From an uncultured Phycisphaerales bacterium (GTDB lineage Bacteria; Planctomycetota; Phycisphaerae; Tepidisphaerales; Tepidisphaeraceae): a DNA stretch of 64,000 nt. The notes beneath the pieces are model-generated. The model saw only the letters and a program-made list of their open reading frames with translations, searched no databases and was not told the DNA's origin. Made by a program: the position numbers and the translations under genes. This document shows positions 30,574 to 41,891 of the stretch, one piece after another. Every line of letters starts with the position of its first letter. Positions within the stretch are counted from its first letter, which is position 1. The DNA is taken from assembly GCA_963758525.1 (NCBI GenBank), contig CAVWVQ010000003.1, positions 1,856,001-1,920,000 on the forward strand, in the 5' to 3' direction.

Positions 30574-31821
30574 CTACTGCGCCATCGCGTCCTTCACCGC
30601 GGCGACGATCTTCTCCTCGGTGTCGGGATCGAAGCCGATGAACACCTTGCGAATTTTTCCGTCTTTGCCGATGACGACCGTCTCGGGTATCGCGCCTTCT
30701 CCGTACTTGGGCAGCACTGAGCTGTCTGTATCGAGCAACACCGGCACGGCAAGTTTGGTCTGATCGACAAACGCCTGCACCACCTGCTTCTCCTCACCGA
30801 CGTTAATCGCATACACCTTCAACCCGTCGCCTTTCAACTTGGCGTAGGTCTCGTCCAGATGTGGGAGCGACGCGCGACAAGGGGGACACCAGGTCGCCCA
30901 GAAGTCGACGATCGCGACCGACCCCTTCAGATCCGCCAGGCTCACCTGCTTGTCGTCGAGGCCGGCGAGTTTGAAGTCGGGCGCGTCTTTCCCTTCCAGC
31001 GGGCTGGCATCCATCTCTGCGGCCGGCCCGCGATGCGCCGCGGCGTCGCGTGCACCTTGCGGCGGCGTCCAGGCGAACTGCTCGCTCTTCAAATCAGCCC
31101 CTGGCGTCACCGTTGCGTAGTTGATCGTGAGCAGCGCCGATTCGACATTCGCGTCGCCCTTCGCTTCCAACTGCCCGCGCGCGTCGGTCAGCGCGCGACG
31201 CAGCAGATGCGTTTTCGGATCGAAGAGGAGAGTCAGAACATCGCCGTTCTTTTCCCTGACGACCAGGGTTGGGAAAGCGACGCCTTCGATAGTCGCAGCG
31301 TCGCCCGTGGAAACATCCGTCGCACTGCGAGTCAACGCAGCCGACGGGACCTGCGCGATGGCGAGCATCAGCGACGGATCGATCAACGCATCGATCGGCG
31401 ATGGGAGTTTGTCGACCGTCGTGCGTTCTTTCGGTGCGTCGGTCAGCGTGTAGAGGCCCTGCCGTTCCAAATACGAAAAGACCTTTTCGCCCGTCGATCC
31501 GCACAGCATGTTTCCCTTGACCTCATGACGGAAAAAGTTGGGGGCCAGGAAGCTTGAGGTGAAGTCGGCGGAGCCTTCCCGCTTGCGCCCGTCAACGCGA
31601 ACGTCTTGCGAAATCGTGCCGGCAAGGTCGAGGGTCGTCAGTTTTCCGTAGGCGGCATCGACTTCATCGAGCAGCTTACGCGCATCGGCAGAAACCGCAG
31701 TGGGCGAAGCGGTGCTCGGCTGTGATGTTGGATCCCCGCCCGAAAGTGCCTGGGCTCTCGCGCCGGCAAGCGATAACCAGAGGACCGCGGCAGCAACTCT
31801 GAGCAGGGATTTGCGAAGCAT
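30574..31821 (-). CDS. Periplasmic TlpA-like redoxin with N-terminal LolA-like (DUF2092) domain
   Basis: Signal peptide; APDFKL; DFWATWCPPC; AIPETVVIGKDG. Confidence 0.85.
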   Translation of the reverse strand: MLRKSLLRVAAAVLWLSLAGARAQALSGGDPTSQPSTASPTAVSADARKLLDEVDAAYGKLTTLDLAGTISQDVRVDGRKREGSADFTSSFLAPNFFRHEVKGNMLCGSTGEKVFSYLERQGLYTLTDAPKERTTVDKLPSPIDALIDPSLMLAIAQVPSAALTRSATDVSTGDAATIEGVAFPTLVVREKNGDVLTLLFDPKTHLLRRALTDARGQLEAKGDANVESALLTINYATVTPGADLKSEQFAWTPPQGARDAAAHRGPAAEMDASPLEGKDAPDFKLAGLDDKQVSLADLKGSVAIVDFWATWCPPCRASLPHLDETYAKLKGDGLKVYAINVGEEKQVVQAFVDQTKLAVPVLLDTDSSVLPKYGEGAIPETVVIGKDGKIRKVFIGFDPDTEEKIVAAVKDAMAQ

Positions 31822-31871
31822 ACATCACCTTTACGGAGCGGAAACGGACGAACACCTCTTCAAACGCGTGT

Positions 31872-32609
31872 TCAATCAAATTCATCGCCGCGGAACAAAT
31901 TCCCGAAGTACGCGGCACGCACGGCAGTGTTGTTCACCAACTGCCTGGGCGTTCCCTCGGCCATCACTTCGCCGTCGACAATAATCAGGGCGCGATCGCA
32001 TACCTTCAGCGTCTGCTCGACATTGTGATCCGTAATCAGAACGCTTTTGCCAAACTCCTTGCGCAGCCGGCGAACCTCCACCTGCAGGTCCTGCACCGCG
32101 ATCGGATCGACGCCGCTGAACGGTTCGTCGAGCAATATGAGTTTAGGCTGGGTGACCAGCGCGCGGGAGATTTCCAGCTTTCGGCGTTCGCCGCCGCTGA
32201 GCGTGTCGGCCGGCTGATTGCGCACCTTGGCCAGCCCGTATTGATCCAGGAGCAGATTGGCGCGACGGTGGCGTTCGCCGCGCGACAGATGAAGCGTCTC
32301 CAGAATCGCCTGCAGGTTCTGCCAAACGGTCAGCTTGCGAAAGTCGCTACGTTCCTGCGACAGGTAGCCGATTCCGCGCCGGGCGCGTTTGTACATCGGC
32401 AAATGGGTGATGTCCGCGCCGTCAAACGCAACCGCGCCGCTATCGGGCGTCACCATTCCCAGGATCATGCGGAAGGTCGTGGTTTTCCCGGCTCCATTGC
32501 GGCCCAAGAGCCCGACGATCTCCTCCTGAGCCAACACAAAGCTGACTTCCTTGACGACCGCACGGCCGCCGTAACTTTTGCACAGCTTTGTCGTTTCAAG
32601 CAGGTTCAT
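31872..32609 (-). CDS. lptB: LPS export ABC transporter ATP-binding protein
   Basis: GLLGRNGAGKTT, LPMYKRARRGIGYLSQE, LSGGERR, LLDEPFSGVDPIAV, ITDHNV. Confidence 0.92.
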   Translation of the reverse strand: MNLLETTKLCKSYGGRAVVKEVSFVLAQEEIVGLLGRNGAGKTTTFRMILGMVTPDSGAVAFDGADITHLPMYKRARRGIGYLSQERSDFRKLTVWQNLQAILETLHLSRGERHRRANLLLDQYGLAKVRNQPADTLSGGERRKLEISRALVTQPKLILLDEPFSGVDPIAVQDLQVEVRRLRKEFGKSVLITDHNVEQTLKVCDRALIIVDGEVMAEGTPRQLVNNTAVRAAYFGNLFRGDEFD

Positions 32610-32995
32610 GCAGTGATATCGTCGGGCAAAAATATTTCCGGACTGTTAAGGAAAGCCCTGAATCCACCGGGAGTTCCATCGCATGCCACATTGTGGATAA
32701 CCGGTGGAGAACCAATCTGGGAGAGGCTGCGAAAATGTCACTTTTCACGGCTCCCGCAAGTAGGCCTTGCATTTTAGAGCGCGTCCGACGCCCTGATTTC
32801 TTTGGTATACATAAGGCCTGAATTAACAAACGCTTATGAGATATTCCCTCATCTCTCGCCGTGGGGGTGCGCCGAGGCAGAGTGTCCCCGAAAAAATCAG
32901 CGGCCCGGGCATACTCCGAAGGGGGTGACATATCAATATCGCAAAATGTGAATAAGTCGTCGATACCCCACCCATGACGCGACCGAAGATTTTTT

Positions 32996-33023
32996 TTGCT
33001 TTCGTTAAGTCCGTTGTTATTCT
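32996..33023 (+). promoter_or_regulatory. Promoter of cold-shock gene, implying a ~125-nt 5' UTR
   Basis: TTGCTT-16 nt-TATTCT with extended -10 TGn; AAGGAG SD before ATG 33155. Confidence 0.5.
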
Positions 33024-33154
33024 CCACCTCCATCTCATGTCGTCCCAAGGCACAGGGGCGAATTCCCGCGAGGATGGGCTCGATGGGAACTAACGTGCTG
33101 AGTTCACGGGGAAGTGTATCGCATCCCCTCACGTCGGGAAAGGAGTGGCGTTGC

Positions 33155-33370
33155 ATGGCCACCGGTAAAGTGAAATGGTTCAACGACCAAAAGGGCTACG
33201 GGTTCATCACGGCGCAGGAAAGCAACAGGGATGTGTTCGTGCACCACTCTGCCATTGAGGGGGAAGGCTTCAAAACCCTGGCGGAAAACGAAACGGTTGA
33301 ATACGACTTCGAGGATGGCCCCAAGGGCATGAAGGCCCTGAAGGTGCGACGGCTGGTTGCTGCAAGCTGA
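33155..33370 (+). CDS. Cold-shock protein (CspA family)
   Basis: MATGKVKWFNDQKGYGFI, DVFVHHSAI, GFKTLAE, GPKG. Confidence 0.95.
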   Translation: MATGKVKWFNDQKGYGFITAQESNRDVFVHHSAIEGEGFKTLAENETVEYDFEDGPKGMKALKVRRLVAAS

Positions 33371-33436
33371 CGGCGCGGCGCCTGTTGACGTCGGTTCTCC
33401 ACCGAAAGCGGTCGGGGTGCGCACCTCCGTCAATCA

Positions 33437-33666
33437 AAAATGCCGAATGACGAAACCAGAATCCCCGAATCAAATGAATCAAATCCGAATGACGAATGAC
33501 CGAATGACAACAGAATGCACGGAATGAAGCGCCCCGGGGTGTTCGGGCACATCGTTCGTCGGAAATGGTCGATAGCCCAGTAACCGCGAGCCAGGGCAGT
33601 TTCGGTCATTCGTCATTCGGATTTGATTATTTGATTCTGATTTCTGGTTTCGGAATTCTGGTTTTC
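33437..33666. repeat. Long inverted repeat built from GAATGAC-type heptamers (MITE-like)
   Basis: Arms of ~65-70 nt (33437-33504 and 33601-33666) are imperfect reverse complements around a ~95-nt spacer, between convergent csp and pyrG. Confidence 0.8.
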
Positions 33667-33667
33667 C

Positions 33668-35458
33668 CTACACCGTCTGCGTCGTCCGACGCTTCCGCTC
33701 GCAGAATTGGACTGCGGCGGCAACCAATCCCATGAACATCGGCTGAGGACGTAACGGCCGGCTCGTCAGCTCAGGATGCGCCTGGGTGCCGACAAAATAG
33801 GGATGCACGTCCTGCGGCAATTCAAGGATCTGCATGATCGGCTGGCCGGGGGCTTTGCCGCTGAAAATCATGCCGCCGGCCTCCAGCGCAGGAATGTATC
33901 TCGGATCGACTTCGTAACGATGGCGGAACCGCAGGCGGATCTTGGCGGCATTGTCAAAGAGCTTGGCGGCAAGCGTGTTGGGAGAGATGTCAACGTCCTT
34001 TCCTCCCAGCCGCATGTTGCCGCCCAAACCTTCGATCCGCTTCTGCTCGGGGAGAATATCAATCACCGGGTTCTGGCAACCTGGTTCAAACTCGGTGCTG
34101 TTGGCGCCGGCGATGCCGCAGACGTTTCTCGCATACTCGATCACCGCCATCTGGAAGCCCAGGCACAAGCCCAGATACGGCATCTGATGTTCGCGGGCGT
34201 AGCGAATACACTCGATCTTCCCTTCGGTTCCGCGCACCCCAAATCCGCCGGGCACGACAATCGCCTGACAGTCCGCCAGCCGTCGCTCGACGTTGCTGGC
34301 GTCGATGTTGGTGGTGTCAATCCATTTGAACTTCACGTCAACGCCCTGATGCACGGCGCAATGCTCGCCCGCTTTGATGATGCTGGCGTAGGCATCGCGC
34401 AACGAGGTGTACTTGCCTGTGACGGCAATCGTGATCTCGCGACGCGCCTTGCCGATGCGATCGATGAACCATTGCCATTTCACGCGCGCCTGATCTTCGG
34501 TGCGCTGATCGACGCGGTCGTGCAAATCGAGCAGCGTGAGCACTTCGCGATCGGTGCCGGCTTCACGCAGCGATTCTGGAATCACGTAAATGCTTTCGAC
34601 ATCGTGCATTGAGAACACGCGCCGGATCGGCACGTTCGTATAGACCGAAATCTTCTCCCGCACTTTCTCCGTCACCGGCTGCGTTGCCCGGCAGGCGATC
34701 AAATGCGGCATGATGCCCACCTTCATCAGCTCGCGAATGCCCAGCTGCGCGGGCTTCGACTTTTGCTCGCCAAGCGTCCGGGGCTCGGGCACGAACGTGA
34801 GCGCCACGAACACCACCGAGTTTTCCCCTTCCTCGAATGCCAGTTGCCGGCAGGCTTCGAGGTAATGCGAATTCTCGTAGTCGCCGACAGTTCCGCCAAC
34901 CTCGACGAAGATCACGTCCGCATCAGTCTTGGCGGCCAGTTCGCGCAGCTTCAGCTTGATCTCGCCGGTGACGTGCGGGATGGCCTGCACGTCGCGGCCC
35001 AGGTACGCCCCTTCGCGCTCCTTCTTCAGCACCGCCGAGTGGATCTGGCCATTGGTCGTGAAATTGGCGGCCGAGAGGTTCTGGTCGAGCAATCGCTCAT
35101 AGGTGCCCAGATCCATGTCGGTTTCCATCCCGTCATCGAGCACGAACACTTCGCCGTGCCGATAGGGGTTAAGCGTGCCGGAATCGATGTTGTAGTACCC
35201 CTCCATCTTGATCGGCGCGATGCGAAGGCCCTTGTCCTGCAGCAACTTGGCTAAAGACGAGGAGAAGATCCCCTTGCCGAGTCCGCTCATCACGGTGCCG
35301 ACGACGATGACGTACTTATGATGCCCGCGCCGATATCCGGGGGGCATCGGCGTGTAAAATTCGGTCTCTTCCGACGACTGCCCGATCTTGGCCAGTAGTT
35401 CCTGATTGCTCATATTCGCTGCTCTCCGGTCCGTCATCATCCGTATGTCTTCGTCCAT
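33668..35458 (-). CDS. pyrG: CTP synthase
   Basis: GTVMSGLGKG, GTLNPYRHGEVFV, EVGGTVGD, KSKPAQ, PGGFG, GLCLGFQ, RFRHRYEV, QAHPE. Confidence 0.96.
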   Translation of the reverse strand: MDEDIRMMTDRRAANMSNQELLAKIGQSSEETEFYTPMPPGYRRGHHKYVIVVGTVMSGLGKGIFSSSLAKLLQDKGLRIAPIKMEGYYNIDSGTLNPYRHGEVFVLDDGMETDMDLGTYERLLDQNLSAANFTTNGQIHSAVLKKEREGAYLGRDVQAIPHVTGEIKLKLRELAAKTDADVIFVEVGGTVGDYENSHYLEACRQLAFEEGENSVVFVALTFVPEPRTLGEQKSKPAQLGIRELMKVGIMPHLIACRATQPVTEKVREKISVYTNVPIRRVFSMHDVESIYVIPESLREAGTDREVLTLLDLHDRVDQRTEDQARVKWQWFIDRIGKARREITIAVTGKYTSLRDAYASIIKAGEHCAVHQGVDVKFKWIDTTNIDASNVERRLADCQAIVVPGGFGVRGTEGKIECIRYAREHQMPYLGLCLGFQMAVIEYARNVCGIAGANSTEFEPGCQNPVIDILPEQKRIEGLGGNMRLGGKDVDISPNTLAAKLFDNAAKIRLRFRHRYEVDPRYIPALEAGGMIFSGKAPGQPIMQILELPQDVHPYFVGTQAHPELTSRPLRPQPMFMGLVAAAVQFCERKRRTTQTV

Positions 35459-35521
35459 TTGTCGTCGTGCCCGAAGGTTTTACACCCGACATCCAGGGTC
35501 AGCGACCCCGGCCGCCGGGCA

Positions 35522-36271
35522 TCATCCGTTCGCCATCGCGGCCGTCCGTCTGGTCCGGGCCACAAACTCGGCGTATTGCTCGGGCGTGTCGATGCCATGC
35601 GTCGCACGCCGGACTTCAAGCACATGAATCGCTGCGCCGTGTTCAAGCGCCCGCAGTTGCTCGAGCTTCTCGATTGCCTCCAGCCGCGTCGGCGGCCACG
35701 AAGCGAACTGGAGCAAAAAATCCCGCCGATAGGCGTAAATGCCCAGATGCAGTTGATACGCTGGCGGCTGCGCCGAGGTCGGGTCTCGGCGAAACGGAAT
35801 CGCCGACCTCGAGAAGTATCGCGCCCGACGCCGCAGGTCGGTCACCACCTTCACCAGATTCGCGTCATTCGGATCAGCTCCATCTGGAAACGCAGTTGAC
35901 GCGGTCGCCATCTCTCCGCGCGACGCTTCCATCCAGCCGATCAGTCCGTCCACCACCTCTGGCTCAATCTCCGGCTCATCCCCCTGCACATTGACGACAA
36001 TCGCATCGCTCAGCCCCCGCGCCACTTCCGCAATCCGATCCGTCCCGCTGGCGTGCCCGGGATCCGTCATCACGCAGCGCGTCCCGAACGGGGCAAGCGC
36101 ATCAACAATGCGCGGGTCGTCCGTTGCGACAATGATCTCGTTCACTGACTTGCACTTGCGCACGCGATCCACGACATGCTGCACGAGCGGCCGGCCGGTC
36201 TCACTGGCGAGAATCTTGGCGGGAAAGCGCGTCGAACCAAAGCGGGCGGGAATGACAACTGTCGCAGCCAA
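35522..36271 (-). CDS. kdsB: 3-deoxy-manno-octulosonate cytidylyltransferase
   Basis: IPARFGSTRFPAK, SGTDRIAE, NVQGDEP, YFSRSAIP, HLGIYAY, EKLEQLRAL, IDTPE. Confidence 0.95.
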   Translation of the reverse strand: MAATVVIPARFGSTRFPAKILASETGRPLVQHVVDRVRKCKSVNEIIVATDDPRIVDALAPFGTRCVMTDPGHASGTDRIAEVARGLSDAIVVNVQGDEPEIEPEVVDGLIGWMEASRGEMATASTAFPDGADPNDANLVKVVTDLRRRARYFSRSAIPFRRDPTSAQPPAYQLHLGIYAYRRDFLLQFASWPPTRLEAIEKLEQLRALEHGAAIHVLEVRRATHGIDTPEQYAEFVARTRRTAAMANG

Positions 36272-36433
36272 AGTCGCGCCTCACGTGAGCCACCGGCCAA
36301 CTTCAAACTGCGGAGCAAAAATAGTGAGGGGAAAGGGGTGTGTCAAACCACCATCTGCAATGATCGTCAACGGGGCAGAAGAGAAGGTGATTGGGATGTG
36401 GAACCTGACGGGGCTGTGACTCCACCCATTTAG

Positions 36434-36457
36434 TTTAGCGGCCGGGCTTGCCCGGCG
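36434..36457. repeat. REP-like hairpin at the 3' end of the RAYT remnant
   Basis: TTTAGC-G-GCCGGGC-TT-GCCCGGC-G. Confidence 0.65.
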
Positions 36458-36464
36458 CTCCACT

Positions 36465-36860
36465 TCACCGAAAATCATCCCCCGATGCAAAGCCCTCGAC
36501 AAACTCCCAGCTCTGCCGTGGCAGCCCCTGCTTGACCGGATTCTCTTCGACGTATTTCACCGCGCGTTGCACGTCGTCGCCGGTGTTGAGAAAAACCTTC
36601 CAGCCTCTGTGCGCCCATATGGAAGGAACGGCTCCCGATGCATCGCGTTGAGTCGCAAGCGGATGCAATCCCTCTGCCGCAAGCTGCTGGGTCGCTCGCG
36701 CTTTGAGGTGCCCGATGATCCGCTCCCCTGGGTTCCTGTGCCGCGCTGCCACCACATGCACATGTTCCGGCAGGATCGAACACGCCAGCAGCCTATAGCC
36801 GCTCTCTGATACCGCGCGGGCAAATCCTTTGCCGACACACGCAAAGCTGAAGAAACCACT
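36465..36860 (-). mobile_element. 5'-truncated Y1 HUH transposase (RAYT/IS200-like)
   Basis: [17 protein letters not shown] (HUH), IGHLKARAT, IWAHRGW, AVKYVEENP (catalytic Tyr). An in-frame stop lies upstream and the N-terminal part is missing. Confidence 0.8.
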
Positions 36861-36885
36861 TCACGCCGCTCGTATAATCCCCCCT

Positions 36886-39800
36886 GTGCCACTTGCCGGT
36901 TTTCATCCCACCATCCAACGCTGGTTCCAACAGCGCTTTGGCGAACCCACCGAGCCGCAACGGGAGGGGTGGCCGAAAATCCGCGCCGGCGCCCACACCC
37001 TGATTTCCGCCCCCACCGGCATGGGCAAAACCCTGGCGGCTTACCTCGCCGCGATCGATGGCCTCGCCCGTCAGGGACCCGCGCTTGCCGATCAGACATC
37101 TGTGCTCTACGTCTCGCCGCTGCGGGCATTGAGCAATGACGTTCAGAAGAACCTGCAAGGTCCGCTGCACGAATTGGCGGAGCTTGATCCGAACTTCCCG
37201 CAGATCCGCGTCCTGGTTCGTACCGGCGATACGCCGCAGCGCGATCGCGCGGCAATGCTGCGCAAACCGCCGCACATCCTCGTCACCACCCCCGAGTCGC
37301 TCTACATCCTGTTGACCAGCGCCGGCGGACGCGAAATGCTGCGAAGCGTCAGGACGGCAATTGTCGATGAAATTCACGCGCTTGCCCGCGACAAACGCGG
37401 CTCTCATCTGGCGCTCTCGCTGGAGCGCCTGGAAGCATTGACGGGCCCGATTCAACGCATCGGCTTGTCCGCCACGCAAAAGCCGCTGGAAGAGGTCGCC
37501 CGATTTCTCGTGGGCGTGGGGCGGGATTGCACGCTGGTGGACGTCGGACACCGTCGCAAGATGGACGTGGCAGTCGTCGTACCACCCTCGCCGCTTGCGA
37601 CGGTCTGTTCGCACGAGCAGTGGCATGAGATCTACGGGCAGATCGCGGGGCTTATCGACAGTCATCGCACGACGTTGATCTTCGTGAATACCCGCAAGCT
37701 GGCCGAGCGCGTCACCGCGCACCTGACCGAAGTGCTCGGCGAGGAGAAGGTCACCTGCCATCACAGCAGCCTGTCCAAAGAGCGGCGGCTGGACGCAGAA
37801 GCTCGGCTGAAATCAGGGACGCTTCGCGCTGGTGGCGACCGCTTCGCTGGAACTGGGCATCGATATCGGCGATGTCGATCTGGTGATTCAAATCGGAGCC
37901 ACGCGATCGATCGCGACGTTTCTCCAGCGCGTCGGCCGATCCGGGCATGCCGTGCGACGGATTCCAAAGGGCCGCCTGTTCCCGCTGACCATCGACGAAC
38001 TGGTCGAGGCCGCGGCGCTGCTGCGCGCCACAAAGCGGGGCGAGCTGGATCGCACGCCCCAGCCGCGAGCCCCGCTCGATATTCTCTCGCAGCAGATCGT
38101 GGCGGCATGCGTCGCGGCCGGGGAGCAGGGGTGGAACGAGCAGACGTTGTTCGAAACATTGATCCGCGCCTGGCCTTATCGGCGGCTCCCGCGGGAGGAT
38201 TTTGACGCCGTCATCAACCTGCACATCGACGGTCGCCACGGCCTGCTCCATCGCGACGCGGTGGGCGGGCGGATCATGGCCCGCAAGCGTGCCCGCATCA
38301 CCGCCATCACCGGCGGCGGGGCCATTCCCGACGTTGCCGATTATCGCGTGCTTCAGGATCCGCAGGGACTCTTCATCGGAACGCTCAACGAGGACTTTGC
38401 GGTCGAATCGAACGTTGGCGACATTTTTCAGTTGGGAAACACTTCGTGGCGCATCCTCAAGGTCGAGCGCGGCGTGGTTCGCGTGGCCGATGCCCAGGGA
38501 CAAGCGCCCTCCATTCCCTTCTGGCTCGGTGAAGGTCCATCACGAACCGCTGAGCTATCGGCGGAGATCGCGGAACTGCGCGATCAATGCGCCGCCCCAT
38601 TCGCCGCAAACGATGTCGCGTTACAGTCCACTTGCGACAACTTTCCAGCGGCTGCCCCAAGTGCAGCGTGCATGTATCTCGAACAAGAAATCGGACTCTC
38701 GCCCGACGCGGCGGCGCAAATCGCCGAGTATGTTGCCGACGGGCGACGCGTGCTCGGAACCGTGCCGACGCAAAAACGAGTCGTCCTCGAACGGTTCTTC
38801 GATGAAAGCGGCGGCATGCAGATGGTGCTGCATGCGCCGTTTGGAGGAAAGATCAACCGCGCCTGGGGCCTGGCGCTGCAAGAGATTCTGCCGTGGCTTT
38901 GGCTTCGAGCTCCAGGCCGCCGCCAACGAAGAGGCGATCGTCATTTCCCTGGGTCCGCAGCACAGCTTTCCGCTCGAAGACGTTTTCAATTATCTGCATC
39001 CCAACAGCGTGAGGGAGATTCTCACGCAGGCCGTGCTGGACCAGCCGATGTTCGAATCGAGATGGCGGTGGAACGCCACGCGGGCGCTGGTGCTTCCTCG
39101 TTCGCAAAACGGCAAAGCGGTCCCGCCGCAAATCCTGCGCATGCGTGGCGCCGATCTGCTGGCGCAGGCGTTTCCTGCCGCGGTGGCGTGTCCCGAGAAT
39201 ATGCCCGCAGGCGATCTGCCAATTCCGATGGAACATCCATTGGTGCGGCAGACGATCGAGGATTGCCTGACGGAAGCGACGGACATTGCCGGGCTGATCG
39301 AAGTTCTCCGCCACTTGCGCGATGGGTCGATCGAGCACGTCGCGGTCGATACTCCCGAACCATCCGCGTTCGCCCGCGGAATTCTCAACTCCGAGCTGTA
39401 TACGTTTTTGGATGATGCTCCGCTGGAAGAACGCCGCACGCAGGCGGTCCTCTCCCGGCGGAGTCTCGATGCGCGATTGCAGGATCAGATTGCGCGCTCG
39501 ACCCTGCAGCCGTCGAACGCGTCCGGCAGGAAGCGTGGCCGCAGCCTGAAAGCGCGGAGGAGGTCCATGACGCATTGCTATGGATCGGCTTTGTGACGGA
39601 CGCAGAGGCCGTGGATTGGAACGGCTGGCTCAGCGCGCTGGCAAGCCAACAGCGAGTGGTGCACAAAGACGGACGATGGCTCGCGGTCGACGGCCCCAGT
39701 GAGCCTGGAAAAATGCTGCTGGGCCGGCTCGAGGCGTTGGGACCGGTGTTTGAGGACGATCCGCGCATCGCCGTCGGCGATGGACCACACGCCCTGCTGA

Positions 39801-40865
39801 TGCAACTCGAACACGAAGGCACGATCCTCCGGACGCGCCTGGACGGTCGAACCGCCTGGTGCGAGCGACGCCTGCTGGCACGCATCCACCGCTACACGCT
39901 CGACAGACTCCGACAGGAAATAGAGCCCGTCAGCGCGAATGAGTTCCTTCAATTCCTCGCCTGCTGGCAGCACGTCGACGAAGAATACCGGCTCGAAGGT
40001 CCGCGCGGAGTCAGTGAGGTGTTGCGCCAACTGGCGGGATTCGAACTTCCGGCGTGGGCGTGGGAGAGCCACGTCCTGCAACGGCGCGTTCGCGATTACA
40101 AGCGCGAATGGCTCGACGACGTGACGATGAGCGGCGAGTTCGCCTGGGGAAGACTTTGGGGCGGCGCTGCGACACCGATTCGAGTGACGCCGATCGGCTT
40201 TGTCCCGCGCGAAGAGATTGACTCCTGGCTGAGCATGGCCGAGGCTCCAGCAAGCATTGGAATGTGCGGCCCTGCCAGCGACCTGCTCAACCCGCTGCGA
40301 GCTCGCGGCGCGATGTTCCCACAGCATCTGCAAAAGGCCGCCAACCTCGTGCCCGCGCACCTTGAGATGGGGCTGGCGGATCTGGTGGCGCGCGGCATGG
40401 CGACCTGCGATTCGTTTGCCGCCTTGCGGCAAATGATCACCCCGGCGTCGCGGCGCCGGGCGCCGATTCGTCCCGTCGGCCGGTGGAGTTGCTTCCGAAC
40501 GGCGGCATCGCCGGGCGAGTCGGATGAATTGAACGAGCTTGCGGCGCGGCAGCTTCTTCGCCGCACCGGCGTAGTCTTCCGGCGGACGATCGACCGAGAA
40601 AAACTGCCCGTCAACTGGTTTCGCCTGACGCGCGCCTATCGCCGATTGGAGCTCCGCGGCGAAGTGCGCGGCGGCCGATTCGTCGCCGGTTTCTCCGGCG
40701 AGCAATTCGCCCTTCCCGAAGCGGTTGAGCTGCTCAGGCACCTGCGCCGGCAAGGCCCCCGCGCCGATCAACGTTGTCTCTGCCGACCCGCTCAATTTCC
40801 AGGGCATCCTCACGCCGGAAGCGCGCATCGCGCCCGCCAGGCGACGCGAAGTGCTTGTGGGATAG
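36886..40865 (+). CDS. lhr: Lhr-family SF2 helicase (~1325 aa); four frameshifts ~37828, ~38878, ~39492, ~40760
   Basis: [59 protein letters not shown]-terminal [19 protein letters not shown] and SADPLN. Confidence 0.92.
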
Positions 40866-41204
40866 CACTTCCACTCACGAGTTCAACATCGCCGTGGCTT
40901 GCCCCTTCGCGGCCCGCGAGCAACAGCAATTTTCGATGGCCGCGGTCGCCGGCGTACACAATTAGCATGTCCCGTCACTTCCCTGTCGGTGCGAGCAACT
41001 CTCCTCCGCCAGGCTGCGTTGTGGCGCCGCCTCCCCGTTGCGCGGGCATGGGAACCACCTGCACCTTTCCCAGGCGCAACAGCTGGTCTTTCACCTCCGC
41101 GGCGGGCGCGACGACGACAATCGTCATCGCGCCGGGATCGGCGTATTTGTTCATCACATCGCGAATCTGCAGCGGCGTCAGCGCCGATCTTGCTGGAGTA
41201 GGCG

Positions 41205-41395
41205 GTAGGGTCCGCTAAAGAGCCGGGCGAAAATGTTTGTTCGAACGCAGACCCTGGCCGGCTCTTTTGCGGACCACTCGGGCACGCATGTGACGCTCAG
41301 AGTTAGTCTCTCGCGACCCCCGGGGACGGTCCGCACGGCGGCGTGGCGGTCTGCCTCTAACTCAGGGCAGCAGCGCGCCGCCGTGCGGACCCTAC
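41205..41395. repeat. GTAG-REP doublet with extended stems, copy 1
   Basis: GTAGGGTCCGC...GCGGACC and GGTCCGCACGGCGGCG...CGCCGCCGTGCGGACCCTAC; termini are inverted. Confidence 0.8.
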
Positions 41396-41699
41396 GGGTT
41401 TGGACACGCCTCGCGAGCGAGGCGGCTAAAGGATGCGGAGTGCTGCGTACGCGGGGAAGATTCTCACTCACTTCCCTGTCGGTGCAAGTAGCTCTCCTCC
41501 GCCAGGCTGCGTTGTGGCGCCGCCTTCCCGTTGCGCGGGCATGGGAACCACCTGCACCTTTCCCAGGCGCAACAGCTGGTCTTTCACCTCCGCGGCGGGC
41601 GCGACGACGACAATCGTCATCGCGCCGGGATCGGCGTATTTGTTCATCACGTCGCGAATCTGCTGCGGGGTGACGGCGGAGATCTTGCCGGGGTAGGCG

Positions 41700-41891
41700 G
41701 TAGGGTCCGCTAGAGAGCCGGGCGAAAATGTTTGTTCGAACGCAGACCCTGGCCGGCTCTTTTGCGGACCACTCGAGCACGCATGTGACGCTCAGAGTTA
41801 GTCTCTCGCGACCCCCGGGGACGGTCCGCACGGCGGCGTGGCGGTCTGCCTCTAACTCAGGGCCAGCAGCGCACCGCCGTGCGGACCCTAC
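41700..41891. repeat. GTAG-REP doublet, copy 2
   Basis: Same as 41205-41395 with a few substitutions. Confidence 0.8.

Noticed and set aside
32692..32700. oriC
   Set aside because: Only one DnaA box, and no dnaA/dnaN or box cluster nearby.
36886..40865. Programmed frameshifting or true pseudogenisation of lhr, mutS, uvrD and others
   Set aside because: There are no slippery heptamers or in-frame stops. Indels hit conserved genes uniformly and cluster at GCGC, so sequencing error is the better explanation.
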